Of a stretch of 64,000 nt of DNA, positions 40,877 to 50,490 are shown piece by piece. This DNA is from a virus. A model generated the notes under the pieces. It was not told where the DNA came from, did not search any database, and saw nothing but the letters and a program-made list of their open reading frames with translations. The stretch is from UHGV virus genome UHGV-0018629; one strand, written 5' to 3'. The stretch's first letter is position 1; the number at the start of each line of letters is the position of its first letter. The translations under genes and the position numbers were made by a program.

Positions 40877-41221
40877 TTAAAAGAATTTAAATTTTTTCTT
40901 TGACCTTTTATTAAATGCATCTTGTAGTTGCATTGTAATACATTTTTCTACATGAGGAGCTAACTCAGCTTTTCTTTCTTGGTCAAGAACAGCAAAGTCC
41001 ATTACAACCTTTCCATCAACCCAATCCAGTTTAGTTACATACACTATATGTGTAGAACCATCTTCTAGTTTAATGACAATCTCCTGGATAACATTTTCCA
41101 TAGCGGATTTAATTATCTTAAGAGATTCATTAAAAAGACGTTCTTTTCTTTCTTCTTCCCCCTCCGAAGAGGGGGATTCATCGATAATTTCTAGATCTAA
41201 ATCTAAATCATCTTTATTCAT
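40877..41221 (-). CDS. 40: head vertex assembly chaperone gp40
   Basis: ORF-track start 41239 is GTG; ATG at 41221 gives 114 aa MNKDDLDLDLEIIDESPSSEGEEERKERLF... Confidence 0.7.
   Translation of the reverse strand: MNKDDLDLDLEIIDESPSSEGEEERKERLFNESLKIIKSAMENVIQEIVIKLEDGSTHIVYVTKLDWVDGKVVMDFAVLDQERKAELAPHVEKCITMQLQDAFNKRSKKKFKFF
41158..41175 (-). promoter_or_regulatory. GC-rich tetraloop hairpin inside gene 40 coding sequence
   Basis: CCCCCUC-UUCG-GAGGGGG, perfect 7-bp stem, encodes ESPSSEGEE. Confidence 0.3.
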
Positions 41222-42395
41222 TAAATTCTTCCATATCACTTAACTGATCTAGGTCAGTTTCTAAATCAGCTGCTGATTTACTTTTACTTTCTGGAGATTT
41301 AAATTTTTCAACTTTTGAGTTAATCAATTCGTCAACTTCAGCTTCAATAATTTCATTACTATCAATAGCACCTAACTGATAAGCACGTTTAATAGCATCT
41401 CGGAACGGTTGATGCTTAAATAAAGGACCCCAGAATGTAGTGCAATTGGTATCTTTTGCACGCCAAGATTTTTCTTCGCGAATCATCTCGCCGGTTTCTT
41501 CATCAAGAAATTCACGAGCATACCAGCCATTTTTTGGTTTTACCACAAATCCTAATTCAAGAGCCATATCTAACAATCCAGAATAAGGATCGATACCACC
41601 GTCAAATTTAACATCAATAAAGAATTTACTTTTTTCTTTAACGGTACGAGATTTTTCTACATTTAGAACAAATTGATACCCCTGAAGATCAGAACCATCT
41701 TTAATCTGACGCTTACCGATAATGAATACAGTATCAGCCGAATACATTACGCCTGTACCACCTGTCATCACGGTTTTACTAAACATTTCAATTGTTTCAA
41801 TTGTATGGTTAACCGCAACGCATGGAATATTTTTAATGCTAAAATAAGGAGTAACAATACGGAATAATGACTTCAGCGATTTAGCACGAGTCATATCTGC
41901 CACAGATTTTTCATTCAAGGCATCTTCCGTTTCTTTCTTAGAAGCCATATTACCGATTGAGTCGATGAATACAATGACCTTTTCACCACGCTCAATAGCT
42001 TCAAGCTGATTCACCATATCAATTTTCAGTTGTTCAACTGACTGAATTGGTGTATGAATTACTCGTTCCGGGTCAACTCCCATGGATCGCAAATAAGCTG
42101 GAGTAATACCAAATTCGCTATCATAGAATAGACATACCGCGTCAGGATATTTGTTCAAATACGCCGCAACCATAGTCAAAGACATATTTGATTTAAAGTG
42201 TTTAGAAGGACCTGCAAAAATGGTTAAACCAGACTGCATACCACCATCAATCGCACCAGAAATAGCGATATTAAGCATTGGGATTTTTGTACGGATTACA
42301 TCCTTTTCATTAAAGAATTTAGATGTAGTCAGTTCAGCAGTCATTTTAGAAGTGGAAGCTTTAATCAAACGGGATTTTAAATCTGCAATAGACAT
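41214..42395 (-). CDS. uvsX: recombinase UvsX (RecA-like)
   Basis: 393-aa ORF MSIADLKSRLIKASTSKMTAELTTSKFFNEK... with Walker A GPSKHFKS; T4 UvsX is 391 aa. Confidence 0.92.
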   Translation of the reverse strand: MSIADLKSRLIKASTSKMTAELTTSKFFNEKDVIRTKIPMLNIAISGAIDGGMQSGLTIFAGPSKHFKSNMSLTMVAAYLNKYPDAVCLFYDSEFGITPAYLRSMGVDPERVIHTPIQSVEQLKIDMVNQLEAIERGEKVIVFIDSIGNMASKKETEDALNEKSVADMTRAKSLKSLFRIVTPYFSIKNIPCVAVNHTIETIEMFSKTVMTGGTGVMYSADTVFIIGKRQIKDGSDLQGYQFVLNVEKSRTVKEKSKFFIDVKFDGGIDPYSGLLDMALELGFVVKPKNGWYAREFLDEETGEMIREEKSWRAKDTNCTTFWGPLFKHQPFRDAIKRAYQLGAIDSNEIIEAEVDELINSKVEKFKSPESKSKSAADLETDLDQLSDMEEFNE

Positions 42396-42472
42396 TCATT
42401 TTTTCCATAGGCATCATTATATTTTCCTCACGGGTTAAAGATAGAGTAATTATAACACAATAAATTTAGGCA

Positions 42473-43321
42473 TTAATCAACTGCTATTGGATGAATAGCA
42501 TTAAACTTATGAAACGCTTCTGATTTTTCTTTGCGCGAAACACACATGCGAAGAACTTTTAATGGCTCGTCTTCTTCACCCAACGATTTTCTCTTTTCGA
42601 TATTCGATGTTTTCCAACGAGCTTGCTCTGGAAACTCTCTGTTGATTTGCTCAAGAGCTCTATTATGTTTTGAATTACTACGAATTGAACTACATCCGCC
42701 AGGAGCTTGCGCTTTTCCAGATACAACCAGATATTTGAACAAGGCCAAATGCGGATAACCTTGATTAATTAAATTGAGAAATGCATACATGTCTTCGCAT
42801 AAATCAATTTTTCCATACCCAATTTGTTCTGTTGTAAGTTTTCCAAGGTCATACCACGTATTCGTGAATCCATATGAATTTTCACGATAATTACCCCAAG
42901 ATGAAGTAATTTTAAAAATTGGTAGACGAGCATGGCCGTGATAATATCCACAATCCATAGCATCTTCAACGTATTGAATCAATTCGTAGAATTGTTCACG
43001 GGTTAATTGATTGACTTTATCTACACAGCGACGATCATCTTTCTTTCGCATTGAGCTCATACGAATCGTAGTATCATCGTCAATCATCCAGATTCGTTGA
43101 CCTGCATACATATCAGTAATTGCTTTACGAGTACCGGCAATTCCGTTTACATCATCAGGAATAGTTATAATTTTAGCTCTAAACCCATAGGCGTCATAAT
43201 AAGCTTTTTCTTCGTGTTCACGTACTACAATATGGGGTTCATAATCACTCGGAAACATATCAAGGGCAGAAACTGCCCCGACACGCTGATAACTTGGAAT
43301 TACGAATTGAATCATTTCCAC
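42473..43321 (-). CDS. glycosyltransferase-like protein (DxD motif) at the locus where T4 has beta-gt; candidate second-step hmC glucosyltransferase of T2/T6 type
   Basis: 282-aa ORF MEMIQFVIPSYQRVGAVSALDM...IWMIDDDTTI...; not 351 aa like T4 beta-gt. Confidence 0.55.
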   Translation of the reverse strand: MEMIQFVIPSYQRVGAVSALDMFPSDYEPHIVVREHEEKAYYDAYGFRAKIITIPDDVNGIAGTRKAITDMYAGQRIWMIDDDTTIRMSSMRKKDDRRCVDKVNQLTREQFYELIQYVEDAMDCGYYHGHARLPIFKITSSWGNYRENSYGFTNTWYDLGKLTTEQIGYGKIDLCEDMYAFLNLINQGYPHLALFKYLVVSGKAQAPGGCSSIRSNSKHNRALEQINREFPEQARWKTSNIEKRKSLGEEDEPLKVLRMCVSRKEKSEAFHKFNAIHPIAVD

Positions 43322-44052
43322 TCACCGTTATAATCTTTTTTCACAATATGAGTTTCGCCAGTATTCCACCAATGATCAACCAAGTAAAAATGACGAGAAT
43401 ATACATGAAGACTTCCAACATTCCATATAATAGAACCTGCTTTATACTGACGAGTTGAATCGCCTGCATTCAAATCAGATACTAATTTATCTAATACGTA
43501 TTTTTGCCATGCATAATCATTGCGGAATCCGAAGACCACGTCATTTGAGCGCATGCTTACTACTGCATTGACTTTCTTATCACGAACCAGGTACTGTACT
43601 GTATTCGTACACATGAAATCTGACATACCATCTTTATTGTAGTCAAACTGCATAGATGGACGAGTATAAATCATAATGCCACGTCGAGAATCAGGATTTT
43701 GACCAAGTTCAGCTAAGCACATATCATACTGGGCATAGTTATCTTCTGACCAAATAGCCCAACCATAATTCGAGTTAATTTCGCCTTTAGAAGATGCTAC
43801 TTGTTGCCAAATCTTTGGTGTTTCACCTGGAATATCTTTAACAAACAGACTTTGAGACTTGTACCATTCAAGTTCACGCTGAATGTATTCGTCATTAAGA
43901 GCACCAAAAATAAAGGGTTCATCTGCTACAAATGATGCGCCAATAATTTCAATAGTTTTAACACCAGTTTTATCAATTACGAAATCTTTTTCCTTTAATG
44001 CAAGTCCTAAATGAAGACGGATTTCTTCAACTGTCATAGAGTCATTAATCAT
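43312..44052 (-). CDS. 42: dCMP hydroxymethylase gp42
   Basis: 246-aa thymidylate-synthase-like ORF MINDSMTVEEIRLHLGLALKEKDFVIDKTGVKTIEIIGASF...; same length as T4 gp42. Confidence 0.9.
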   Translation of the reverse strand: MINDSMTVEEIRLHLGLALKEKDFVIDKTGVKTIEIIGASFVADEPFIFGALNDEYIQRELEWYKSQSLFVKDIPGETPKIWQQVASSKGEINSNYGWAIWSEDNYAQYDMCLAELGQNPDSRRGIMIYTRPSMQFDYNKDGMSDFMCTNTVQYLVRDKKVNAVVSMRSNDVVFGFRNDYAWQKYVLDKLVSDLNAGDSTRQYKAGSIIWNVGSLHVYSRHFYLVDHWWNTGETHIVKKDYNGEWK

Positions 44053-44059
44053 TTAAACC

Positions 44060-44209
44060 TCAATTGATGCATTCATATTTAAATTGTAACAGTAATAAAC
44101 CCCACCCTATAATAAGAGTTGGAATCATAACAGGAACTGTTACGCTATAGTATATACTTATTATAACCATCAGGATTAAAAGCAACACTGCTATAATTTT
44201 GCTTTTCAT
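44060..44209 (-). CDS. hypothetical small membrane protein (49 aa)
   Basis: Unlisted ORF MKSKIIAVLLLILMVIISIYYSVTVPVMIPTLIIGWGLLLLQFKYECIN; ATG overlaps imm stop (ATGA). Confidence 0.4.
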   Translation of the reverse strand: MKSKIIAVLLLILMVIISIYYSVTVPVMIPTLIIGWGLLLLQFKYECIN

Positions 44210-44457
44210 TCTTTCTCTCTGATGATAATTACTTGATTTTGCTGTGCAGATTTTTTAGTTTCACCAGCAATTGACCAAATAAAGGTAATAAACCAACCAA
44301 TAATTGACCAGTTAAACAGTAAAGATGTGAAAAAGATTCCTACTGTCGATTTTGACCCGCGCATCAAGGCGATGAACCACGGAAGCATGTATATAATAAT
44401 AGCCAACACGCCTGAAACTAAAACCATAAAAATTGAACCTGCTACTAAAGTTTCCAT
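44206..44457 (-). CDS. imm: Imm superinfection immunity membrane protein
   Basis: 83-aa ORF METLVAGSIFMVLVSGVLAIIIYMLPWFIALMRGSKSTVGIFFTSLLFNWSIIGWFITFIWS...; matches T4 Imm. Confidence 0.85.
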   Translation of the reverse strand: METLVAGSIFMVLVSGVLAIIIYMLPWFIALMRGSKSTVGIFFTSLLFNWSIIGWFITFIWSIAGETKKSAQQNQVIIIREKE

Positions 44458-44464
44458 ATTTTCC

Positions 44465-44845
44465 TCACTTAGTCAAATTTTTTACACATGAATTATAAGA
44501 ATTTACTACATACTCCATCGGAGCATTTTTACCAGTACGCCATTGGTAATTATTAGCCCAATTTGCCCAAAGTTCAGCGCAATAATTTTCAATTTTTTCT
44601 TCGCGTGTAATTACATCTGAATTACGATATGCTTGAGCAGATTCATCTGGGCGAATAGCTTCGTCAAAATTCGCCTGCATTTGTTCTACTGTCTGTTTTG
44701 GAGCTTCTTTATAACACTTAACATTAGGATTATAAAATTTGCTTGAACAGTTTACAATTTTTCCTACATCAGACTGATTTACTACCGGTCCTTGAGCTAC
44801 ACAACCAGTAAGACCTAATGTAATAACCAAAATAGCGATTTTCAT
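44465..44845 (-). CDS. predicted lipoprotein (126 aa)
   Basis: ORF track extends to 44956 through a promoter; ATG at 44845 with SD GGAG gives MKIAILVITLGLTGCVAQGPVVNQSDVGKIVNCSSKFYNPNVKCYKEAPK... Confidence 0.5.
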   Translation of the reverse strand: MKIAILVITLGLTGCVAQGPVVNQSDVGKIVNCSSKFYNPNVKCYKEAPKQTVEQMQANFDEAIRPDESAQAYRNSDVITREEKIENYCAELWANWANNYQWRTGKNAPMEYVVNSYNSCVKNLTK

Positions 44846-44879
44846 TTCATTCTCCAAATCCGTATCAGTTGATAGTTGT

Positions 44880-44908
44880 ATAGTACCATGGAAGAACAGG
44901 GATGTAAA
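44880..44908 (-). promoter_or_regulatory. T4 early-type promoter
   Basis: Minus strand GTTTACA-17nt-TGGTACTATACAACTATCAACT with AAAATTTTTTTCACAAAAC UP-like tract. Confidence 0.5.
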
Positions 44909-44991
44909 CAGTTTTGTGAAAAAAATTTTCAATGAATTCAAAGAGCCCAGAATCATCTATTTTTCATAAGTATAGATTTATATTACTTGTA

Positions 44992-45014
44992 TGAAAAAGG
45001 GACCCGGAGGTCCC
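44992..45014 (-). terminator. rho-independent terminator after gene 43
   Basis: GGGACC-UCCG-GGUCCC stem-loop followed by UUUUUC on the minus-strand transcript. Confidence 0.55.
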
Positions 45015-45027
45015 TAGATTTATTCTA

Positions 45028-47724
45028 TCAGCCAAACAGGAAGTCTAACGAAGCTTTTTCTTCATAGTCCATACCTGCCGATTCACACATACCTGCAAGC
45101 GGTTTAACAAACGATTTTTGGAACAAAGTTGAGTAGTCAATCCAAGATAGTACGTCAGAACGAATTTCCTTTGGAAGTTCTGTGCCCGATGGCCAAGCGA
45201 TGCACTTGTCACCAAATGGATTTCCTTCACGTAATGGAAGAACCATTACTTTATTTCCATCTAAAATTGGAGCTACACCTAAACCGCTAACAGCTCGACG
45301 ATAAGTTAACACACCACGAATATGGAACGGGCATTTAAATCCTGGCCAACCTTTATCATCGTATTTCGCTATATCGTTCGCAGTTTTTACTTCAGCAATA
45401 ACTTTATAGTCAAGTTGACGATATTCTTTCTCAAAGTTCTTGTAATATTCTTGGACAGACTCTTCACCTTCCTGAAGAATACGACGAATACTTTCTTCGA
45501 GAGCTTCTTGTACTGCTTTTGGCGTTGAACTCTGTTGAGTTTCCATACCCATAATTTTTAAGTGCGGTTCAGCAAATCGCTTATCTTCCATATCATAAAC
45601 ATTCAAAGCATAACGCTTTTTCGCTTTCCAAAAACCACCGACACCCTTTGAACCAAGTGGAGGACAAGAAATTGCTTCACGGTCCATATGCATCAGATGC
45701 TCGCGGTTATTCATATAATCACATAACTCACGATATGCAACATCAATCATCGGTTCCATCTTTTTCTTACCGAACTGATTCATGAATTCAACTAAATCAT
45801 TTTGTTCTTTAAAGCGGTCAAGACCTACTTTTTCAATAACTTTATCTACGCAAACATATACCGAATCGGTGTCACCAGCTGCGATGAAGTCTTCACCATT
45901 AGTTCCACACACTTTATTCAGATATTCATTAATTTTACGAGCAATCCACTGAATACCAACTTGGCCGAAAATTGTGATAGCAGTAGCATTTCGCAAATCA
46001 TAGTAACGGAAATGAATATTACCAAGAGCACCATAAAGACTGTTAATAAGAATTTTACGGTTCAGCTGATTTGTATTAGCAAGTGTAGCAGCTTTTTCAC
46101 ATTCTTCAATCAAACTATTAAGAACAGATTCGGTGTAATTCGATAGTTCATTTAAGAAATCATCATTGAACTTAACATATCGTTCAACTTCTGGTTTAGT
46201 TGAACAAGTCCCTGCGCCTTTCATAATAATTTTTTTAATAGCTTCGGCGTTCATTTCTTCGGCGAACATTTTCTTTTTCCAGTCTTTACGTTGGAAAAAT
46301 ACTTTAGCGATTTCCTTTGGAATGATACCTTCTTGATGCTTATCATACATCCATCCATTCGGAGAACAAGAATACTCATCACTTGGCTTAGGAGCTGTTC
46401 CTGCGATATATTCATGAATTGGATGAACTTTAAACTGACCACGAATAGTCTCAGGACTAATGTTAACCTGACGAATAATGCTCGGATACAGAGAAGTTAA
46501 GTCAAAACTCATAATGTATCGACGAGCAATCGGTTTAGGTTCAAACACAAATGCACCTGGAAAACTCTGTTTAACGTGCGAACCTTGTTGAGGAATAACC
46601 TTATGTTCACCTTTCAGTGAGTTAAAAATAATAGCATCCCAAGTTTTAATAGGACTCATTACACCAGAAAAAGGCATTTTAGCGTAATAAGACATACTTA
46701 AAACTAGATCGATAAACCCACGAATTTTATCAATTGCTTGAACTGATTCTACGTCAATGATGTTATAACTAATGTATCGTTGATGATTAGTCTCACGAAG
46801 TTTATTAATAGGACCATCGTACGGCAATTTACCTTTTTTGGTTTCATGTTGAGCAACTGATTCCAAAGAGAATGATGGCAAATTAGTAAATGCGAATTTC
46901 TTGTACAAATCTAAATAATCAAGAATAGATACGCCATCAATAGAATAAATTTCTTTGCTACCGTACATATTTTGAATTAGTTTAGATTTTACTCGACCGA
47001 TTGGAGAGAAGCGTTTCATACTGCGTTCACCGAGAACCATTTTAACGCGATTCATGATATACGGAACGTCAAATCCCTCAATATTCCAACCAGTAAAAAT
47101 AGCAGGTCGTTTCTGTTCCCAGAGATTAATATATTCCATGAGCATATCACGCTCATTATCGAATGGCATATAAATTACTCGATCAAGAATTTCTTGAGGA
47201 ACTTCATCACCACCTTCACAGTCAAGCTTAGCAGCTAACTTTGCATCCCATTTTGATACTGAACCGTACATTGAATTCAACAAATCAAAGACGTAAAAAC
47301 GATCGTCAATTGAATCATAATGAGTGATAGCATCAATTTCATATTCTGCTTTCATTGGGTCAGGAAATTTATCACCAGTAACCTCAATGTCACAGTTAGC
47401 TACACGAACAAATTTTCGGTCATAAACAATTTCTGAACCATATGTATCACTGATATAAGCGAGTTTAAAATCGTTCATACCAAGAGCTTCGAGACCGATG
47501 TCTTCCATTCGCTTCATCCAGTCTCGTGCATCTTTCATTGATGGAAATTTTTGAGGAGCACAATTTTTACCATAAATGTCTTTGTATTTTGACTCTTCCT
47601 TACAATGCCTAAACATAGTCGGAAGATATTCTACTTCACGAGTACGTTCCTTTCCATTTTCATCAATATAACGCTCAACAATATTATTTCCGACTGTTTC
47701 GATAGAGATATAAAATTCTTTCAT
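45028..47724 (-). CDS. 43: DNA polymerase gp43 (family B, with 3'-5' exonuclease)
   Basis: 898-aa ORF MKEFYISIETVGNNIVERYIDENGKERTREVEYLPTMFRH...; same length as T4 gp43. Confidence 0.95.
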   Translation of the reverse strand: MKEFYISIETVGNNIVERYIDENGKERTREVEYLPTMFRHCKEESKYKDIYGKNCAPQKFPSMKDARDWMKRMEDIGLEALGMNDFKLAYISDTYGSEIVYDRKFVRVANCDIEVTGDKFPDPMKAEYEIDAITHYDSIDDRFYVFDLLNSMYGSVSKWDAKLAAKLDCEGGDEVPQEILDRVIYMPFDNERDMLMEYINLWEQKRPAIFTGWNIEGFDVPYIMNRVKMVLGERSMKRFSPIGRVKSKLIQNMYGSKEIYSIDGVSILDYLDLYKKFAFTNLPSFSLESVAQHETKKGKLPYDGPINKLRETNHQRYISYNIIDVESVQAIDKIRGFIDLVLSMSYYAKMPFSGVMSPIKTWDAIIFNSLKGEHKVIPQQGSHVKQSFPGAFVFEPKPIARRYIMSFDLTSLYPSIIRQVNISPETIRGQFKVHPIHEYIAGTAPKPSDEYSCSPNGWMYDKHQEGIIPKEIAKVFFQRKDWKKKMFAEEMNAEAIKKIIMKGAGTCSTKPEVERYVKFNDDFLNELSNYTESVLNSLIEECEKAATLANTNQLNRKILINSLYGALGNIHFRYYDLRNATAITIFGQVGIQWIARKINEYLNKVCGTNGEDFIAAGDTDSVYVCVDKVIEKVGLDRFKEQNDLVEFMNQFGKKKMEPMIDVAYRELCDYMNNREHLMHMDREAISCPPLGSKGVGGFWKAKKRYALNVYDMEDKRFAEPHLKIMGMETQQSSTPKAVQEALEESIRRILQEGEESVQEYYKNFEKEYRQLDYKVIAEVKTANDIAKYDDKGWPGFKCPFHIRGVLTYRRAVSGLGVAPILDGNKVMVLPLREGNPFGDKCIAWPSGTELPKEIRSDVLSWIDYSTLFQKSFVKPLAGMCESAGMDYEEKASLDFLFG

Positions 47725-47784
47725 AGATATTCCTTAGTTTATAGCCCGAGTTATTAGGCTCTTGATATATTATACTCCAAATAA

Positions 47785-47798
47785 GGGGCCGAAGCCCC
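47785..47798 (-). promoter_or_regulatory. GGGGC-tetraloop-GCCCC hairpin between regA and gene 43
   Basis: Intercistronic stem-loop upstream of the gene 43 translation initiation region. Confidence 0.4.
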
Positions 47799-47802
47799 TT
47801 GC

Positions 47803-48171
47803 TTAATTACCAATCGTATATTTAGGAACGAGTTTCCATTCATGTTTTTGTTTAAAAGAAATAACTCGGAAATTATTGGTTAAATCTTTCATAAAAGTTC
47901 TTTGACCAGGAACGATTTCAATCAGTCCCCAATCTTCTAACAGCCACGCAATCGAATCACGACGAACTTCATCTTCTTCTGTCATTTCAACCTGACGGCC
48001 ATCCATACGAAGCATTTCTTTAAAATGAACGATATAGTATAGTCCTTTTTTCTGAAGAATGTGGCAGGACTGATACAGAACTTTATCTTTATTATTAGCA
48101 ATTCCCATACGAGTCAAAGTTTCTTTTACTTTCAGAAAATCTTCAGGTTTTTTAAGAGTAATTTCAATCAT
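47803..48171 (-). CDS. regA: translational repressor RegA
   Basis: 122-aa ORF MIEITLKKPEDFLKVKETLTRMGIANNKDKVLYQSCHILQKKGLYYIVHFKEML...; matches T4 RegA. Confidence 0.9.
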   Translation of the reverse strand: MIEITLKKPEDFLKVKETLTRMGIANNKDKVLYQSCHILQKKGLYYIVHFKEMLRMDGRQVEMTEEDEVRRDSIAWLLEDWGLIEIVPGQRTFMKDLTNNFRVISFKQKHEWKLVPKYTIGN

Positions 48172-48172
48172 T

Positions 48173-48736
48173 TTACCATTCCAATGCTAGTTTTTTGAGT
48201 TGTTTCTGTTCTTTTACGTTCTTAGTCACTTCTTTCAAAAAATCATCCGTGACTAAACCTTTTAGTTCTTTTAATACTAAAGGAAGTTTTCCATTTTTAG
48301 TAAGAATTGATTTATAGTTAATTGCATCATTCGTATTAACTTGATACCGCTTAGCAAGCAACTTAATAATCAATACTTCGGTAGAATCTTCAACTAGTTT
48401 TGCCCATTTACCATATCTTTTACCACGAGGAACCGCGGCCATCAGATAATTAAAATGAGCTTCATCACTTAATCCAGAACCTATTAAATTCATTGCATAC
48501 ACTGCCGGCATGCACTCTGGAAATTGTGATAGCGCATTTTCAACCATGAATTTTGAATAATCTTTTTGAACAATAGAGCATTTAGTTTTATTATTAATAG
48601 CTCCAATTATTTCAAAAAATTCATTTTCAGCTTTTTCTTTAAAAGAATCGGCAGCAGATTGGACAGCTGTCCAATCTTTTGAGTACCAAGCAACTTGATG
48701 CTCGTTTAATTGAATATCATCTTCAAATAAGCTCAT
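48173..48736 (-). CDS. 62: clamp loader small subunit gp62
   Basis: ORF track 194 aa; T4 gp62 is 187 aa starting MSLF, so start at ATG 48736, 1 nt after gene 44 stop. Confidence 0.88.
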   Translation of the reverse strand: MSLFEDDIQLNEHQVAWYSKDWTAVQSAADSFKEKAENEFFEIIGAINNKTKCSIVQKDYSKFMVENALSQFPECMPAVYAMNLIGSGLSDEAHFNYLMAAVPRGKRYGKWAKLVEDSTEVLIIKLLAKRYQVNTNDAINYKSILTKNGKLPLVLKELKGLVTDDFLKEVTKNVKEQKQLKKLALEW

Positions 48737-48737
48737 A

Positions 48738-49697
48738 TCACTTCCACTGCATTTCACATGCTAATTGAATGAAAAGATAAGCTAAATGTAATTCTGTATT
48801 GGCTGCAATTCCATGATACTGGTTATTTTCACCGACAATTTCATACATACGAATAATACTCTGTGGAGTTACACGTGAATAAATTTCTTCGGCAAGTTTA
48901 CCAACGAACCAAGAATAATCAGCCGCATATTTTGGTGCTAAAGCTCTGAGTTGTTTAACATCTTTATTTTTGAGAGACTCAAGAACATCATCAATAGCAC
49001 CACGATCGTTAGTAACCAGTGATAAAATACCAGCATCCAAAACACCTTTAGATGAATAACTATCGAGCTCACCAATAGTTTTACGAAAATCAGGAAAATT
49101 CTTTTTAACCAAAGCTGCTACAACTTTCATATCAGCTATAGCAATTCCTTCATGCTTGCAGATTTCAGTCAATCGACGAATCATCTGCTTCATCATTTCA
49201 ATTTTATCTTCATCTGTCGGTTGACCGAACGTAATAACTCGGCATCGTGACTGAAGTGGTTTAATAATACCATCAATATTGTTAGCAGTAATAATAATAC
49301 TACAGTTTGAACTATAAGCTTCCATAAAGGAACGAAGATGTCGCTGAGACTCTGCTAACCCTGAACGGTCAAATTCATCAATAACGATTACTTTTTGACG
49401 ACCATCAAATGAAGCTGCACTGGCAAAATTAGTCAAAGGACCACGAACGAAATCAATTTTACAATCTGACCCATTCACAAACATCATATCAGCATTTACG
49501 TCATGACATAATGCTTTTGCTACAGTTGTTTTACCTGTTCCTGGAGAAGGAGAATGAAGAATAATATGTGGAATCTTACCTTTACTTGTAATAGATTTAA
49601 AGGTTTCTTTATCAAAGGCGGGAAGAATACATTCATCGATAGTAGATGGACGATATTTCTGTTCAAGAATGTGTTCTTTTTCATTTACAGTAATCAT
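48738..49697 (-). CDS. 44: clamp loader ATPase gp44 (AAA+)
   Basis: ORF-track start 49712 is TTG; ATG at 49697 gives 319 aa [17 protein letters not shown]... with Walker A GTGKTT. Confidence 0.92.
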
Positions 49698-49730
49698 AAT
49701 TTCCTCATTCAAGTTTTAGTGTAAATTATA

Positions 49731-49747
49731 AAGGGCCGAAGCCCTTT
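49731..49747 (-). promoter_or_regulatory. AAAGGGC-tetraloop-GCCCUUU hairpin between genes 45 and 44
   Basis: 7-bp stem with UUCG loop on the minus-strand RNA. Confidence 0.4.
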
Positions 49748-49748
49748 A

Positions 49749-50435
49749 TTAAAAATCGTGGGTAGAATCAGCTTCAAGAGCTACTACATAATTCGCGTGT
49801 TCACCTTCAAATTTAGCAGCACCTTGTTTACCTTTTGCCCAGAGCAGAAGTTTATAATTTCCTGGTTGCATTTTCATATTTGCCATATTGATAATGAAAT
49901 TAAATGTATTTTCACCATCATAATCACCAAGAGTCAAAGAATATTTAACACGAGTCAAAGCAGAATCTTCTACTTTATTAAAACCGTTAATTACGATTTT
50001 ACCTTCTTTTACTGTGATAGCAATTGTATCAATCTGCAGACCACGAGATACACGCAGCAGCTGTTGAAGGTCTTCAGCTTTAATTTCAGTAACAACAGAT
50101 GCTACCGGGAATGGAATTGGTTTATTAGGAGCAACTACTGTACTCGGATCGGCTGCTGGCCAAAAAATTGTTGAACGAGCATCAGCAATTTTAATATTAC
50201 CATCTTCTGACTGGGAAATTTCTGCATCATCGTTAACTAGAGACAGAATACCGAGAAAACCGTTCAAATCGTAAATTGCAACATCAAAATCAATAACGTC
50301 AGAAATATTTGCTTCTGCATAAGTTGTACCATTAACTGCGCGAGTCATAATAAATTGACCTGATTTAAGCATAATACCGGAGTTAATAGTAGCGAAATTT
50401 TTCAGCAGAGCAGTAGTATCTTTAGACAGTTTCAT
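49749..50435 (-). CDS. 45: sliding clamp gp45
   Basis: 228-aa ORF MKLSKDTTALLKNFATINSGIMLKSGQFIMTRAVNGTTYAEANISD...; same length as T4 gp45. Confidence 0.92.
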   Translation of the reverse strand: MKLSKDTTALLKNFATINSGIMLKSGQFIMTRAVNGTTYAEANISDVIDFDVAIYDLNGFLGILSLVNDDAEISQSEDGNIKIADARSTIFWPAADPSTVVAPNKPIPFPVASVVTEIKAEDLQQLLRVSRGLQIDTIAITVKEGKIVINGFNKVEDSALTRVKYSLTLGDYDGENTFNFIINMANMKMQPGNYKLLLWAKGKQGAAKFEGEHANYVVALEADSTHDF

Positions 50436-50490
50436 GTAATTTCCTTCAATTCAAATGAGATTTAATTTTATAACTAATTTAATAAAGCAA

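Noticed and set aside
44846-44956. N-terminal extensions of ORFs 44465..44956, 19432..19788 and 19075..19323
   Set aside because: The extensions translate early promoter elements; the real starts are the internal ATGs with SD sequences.
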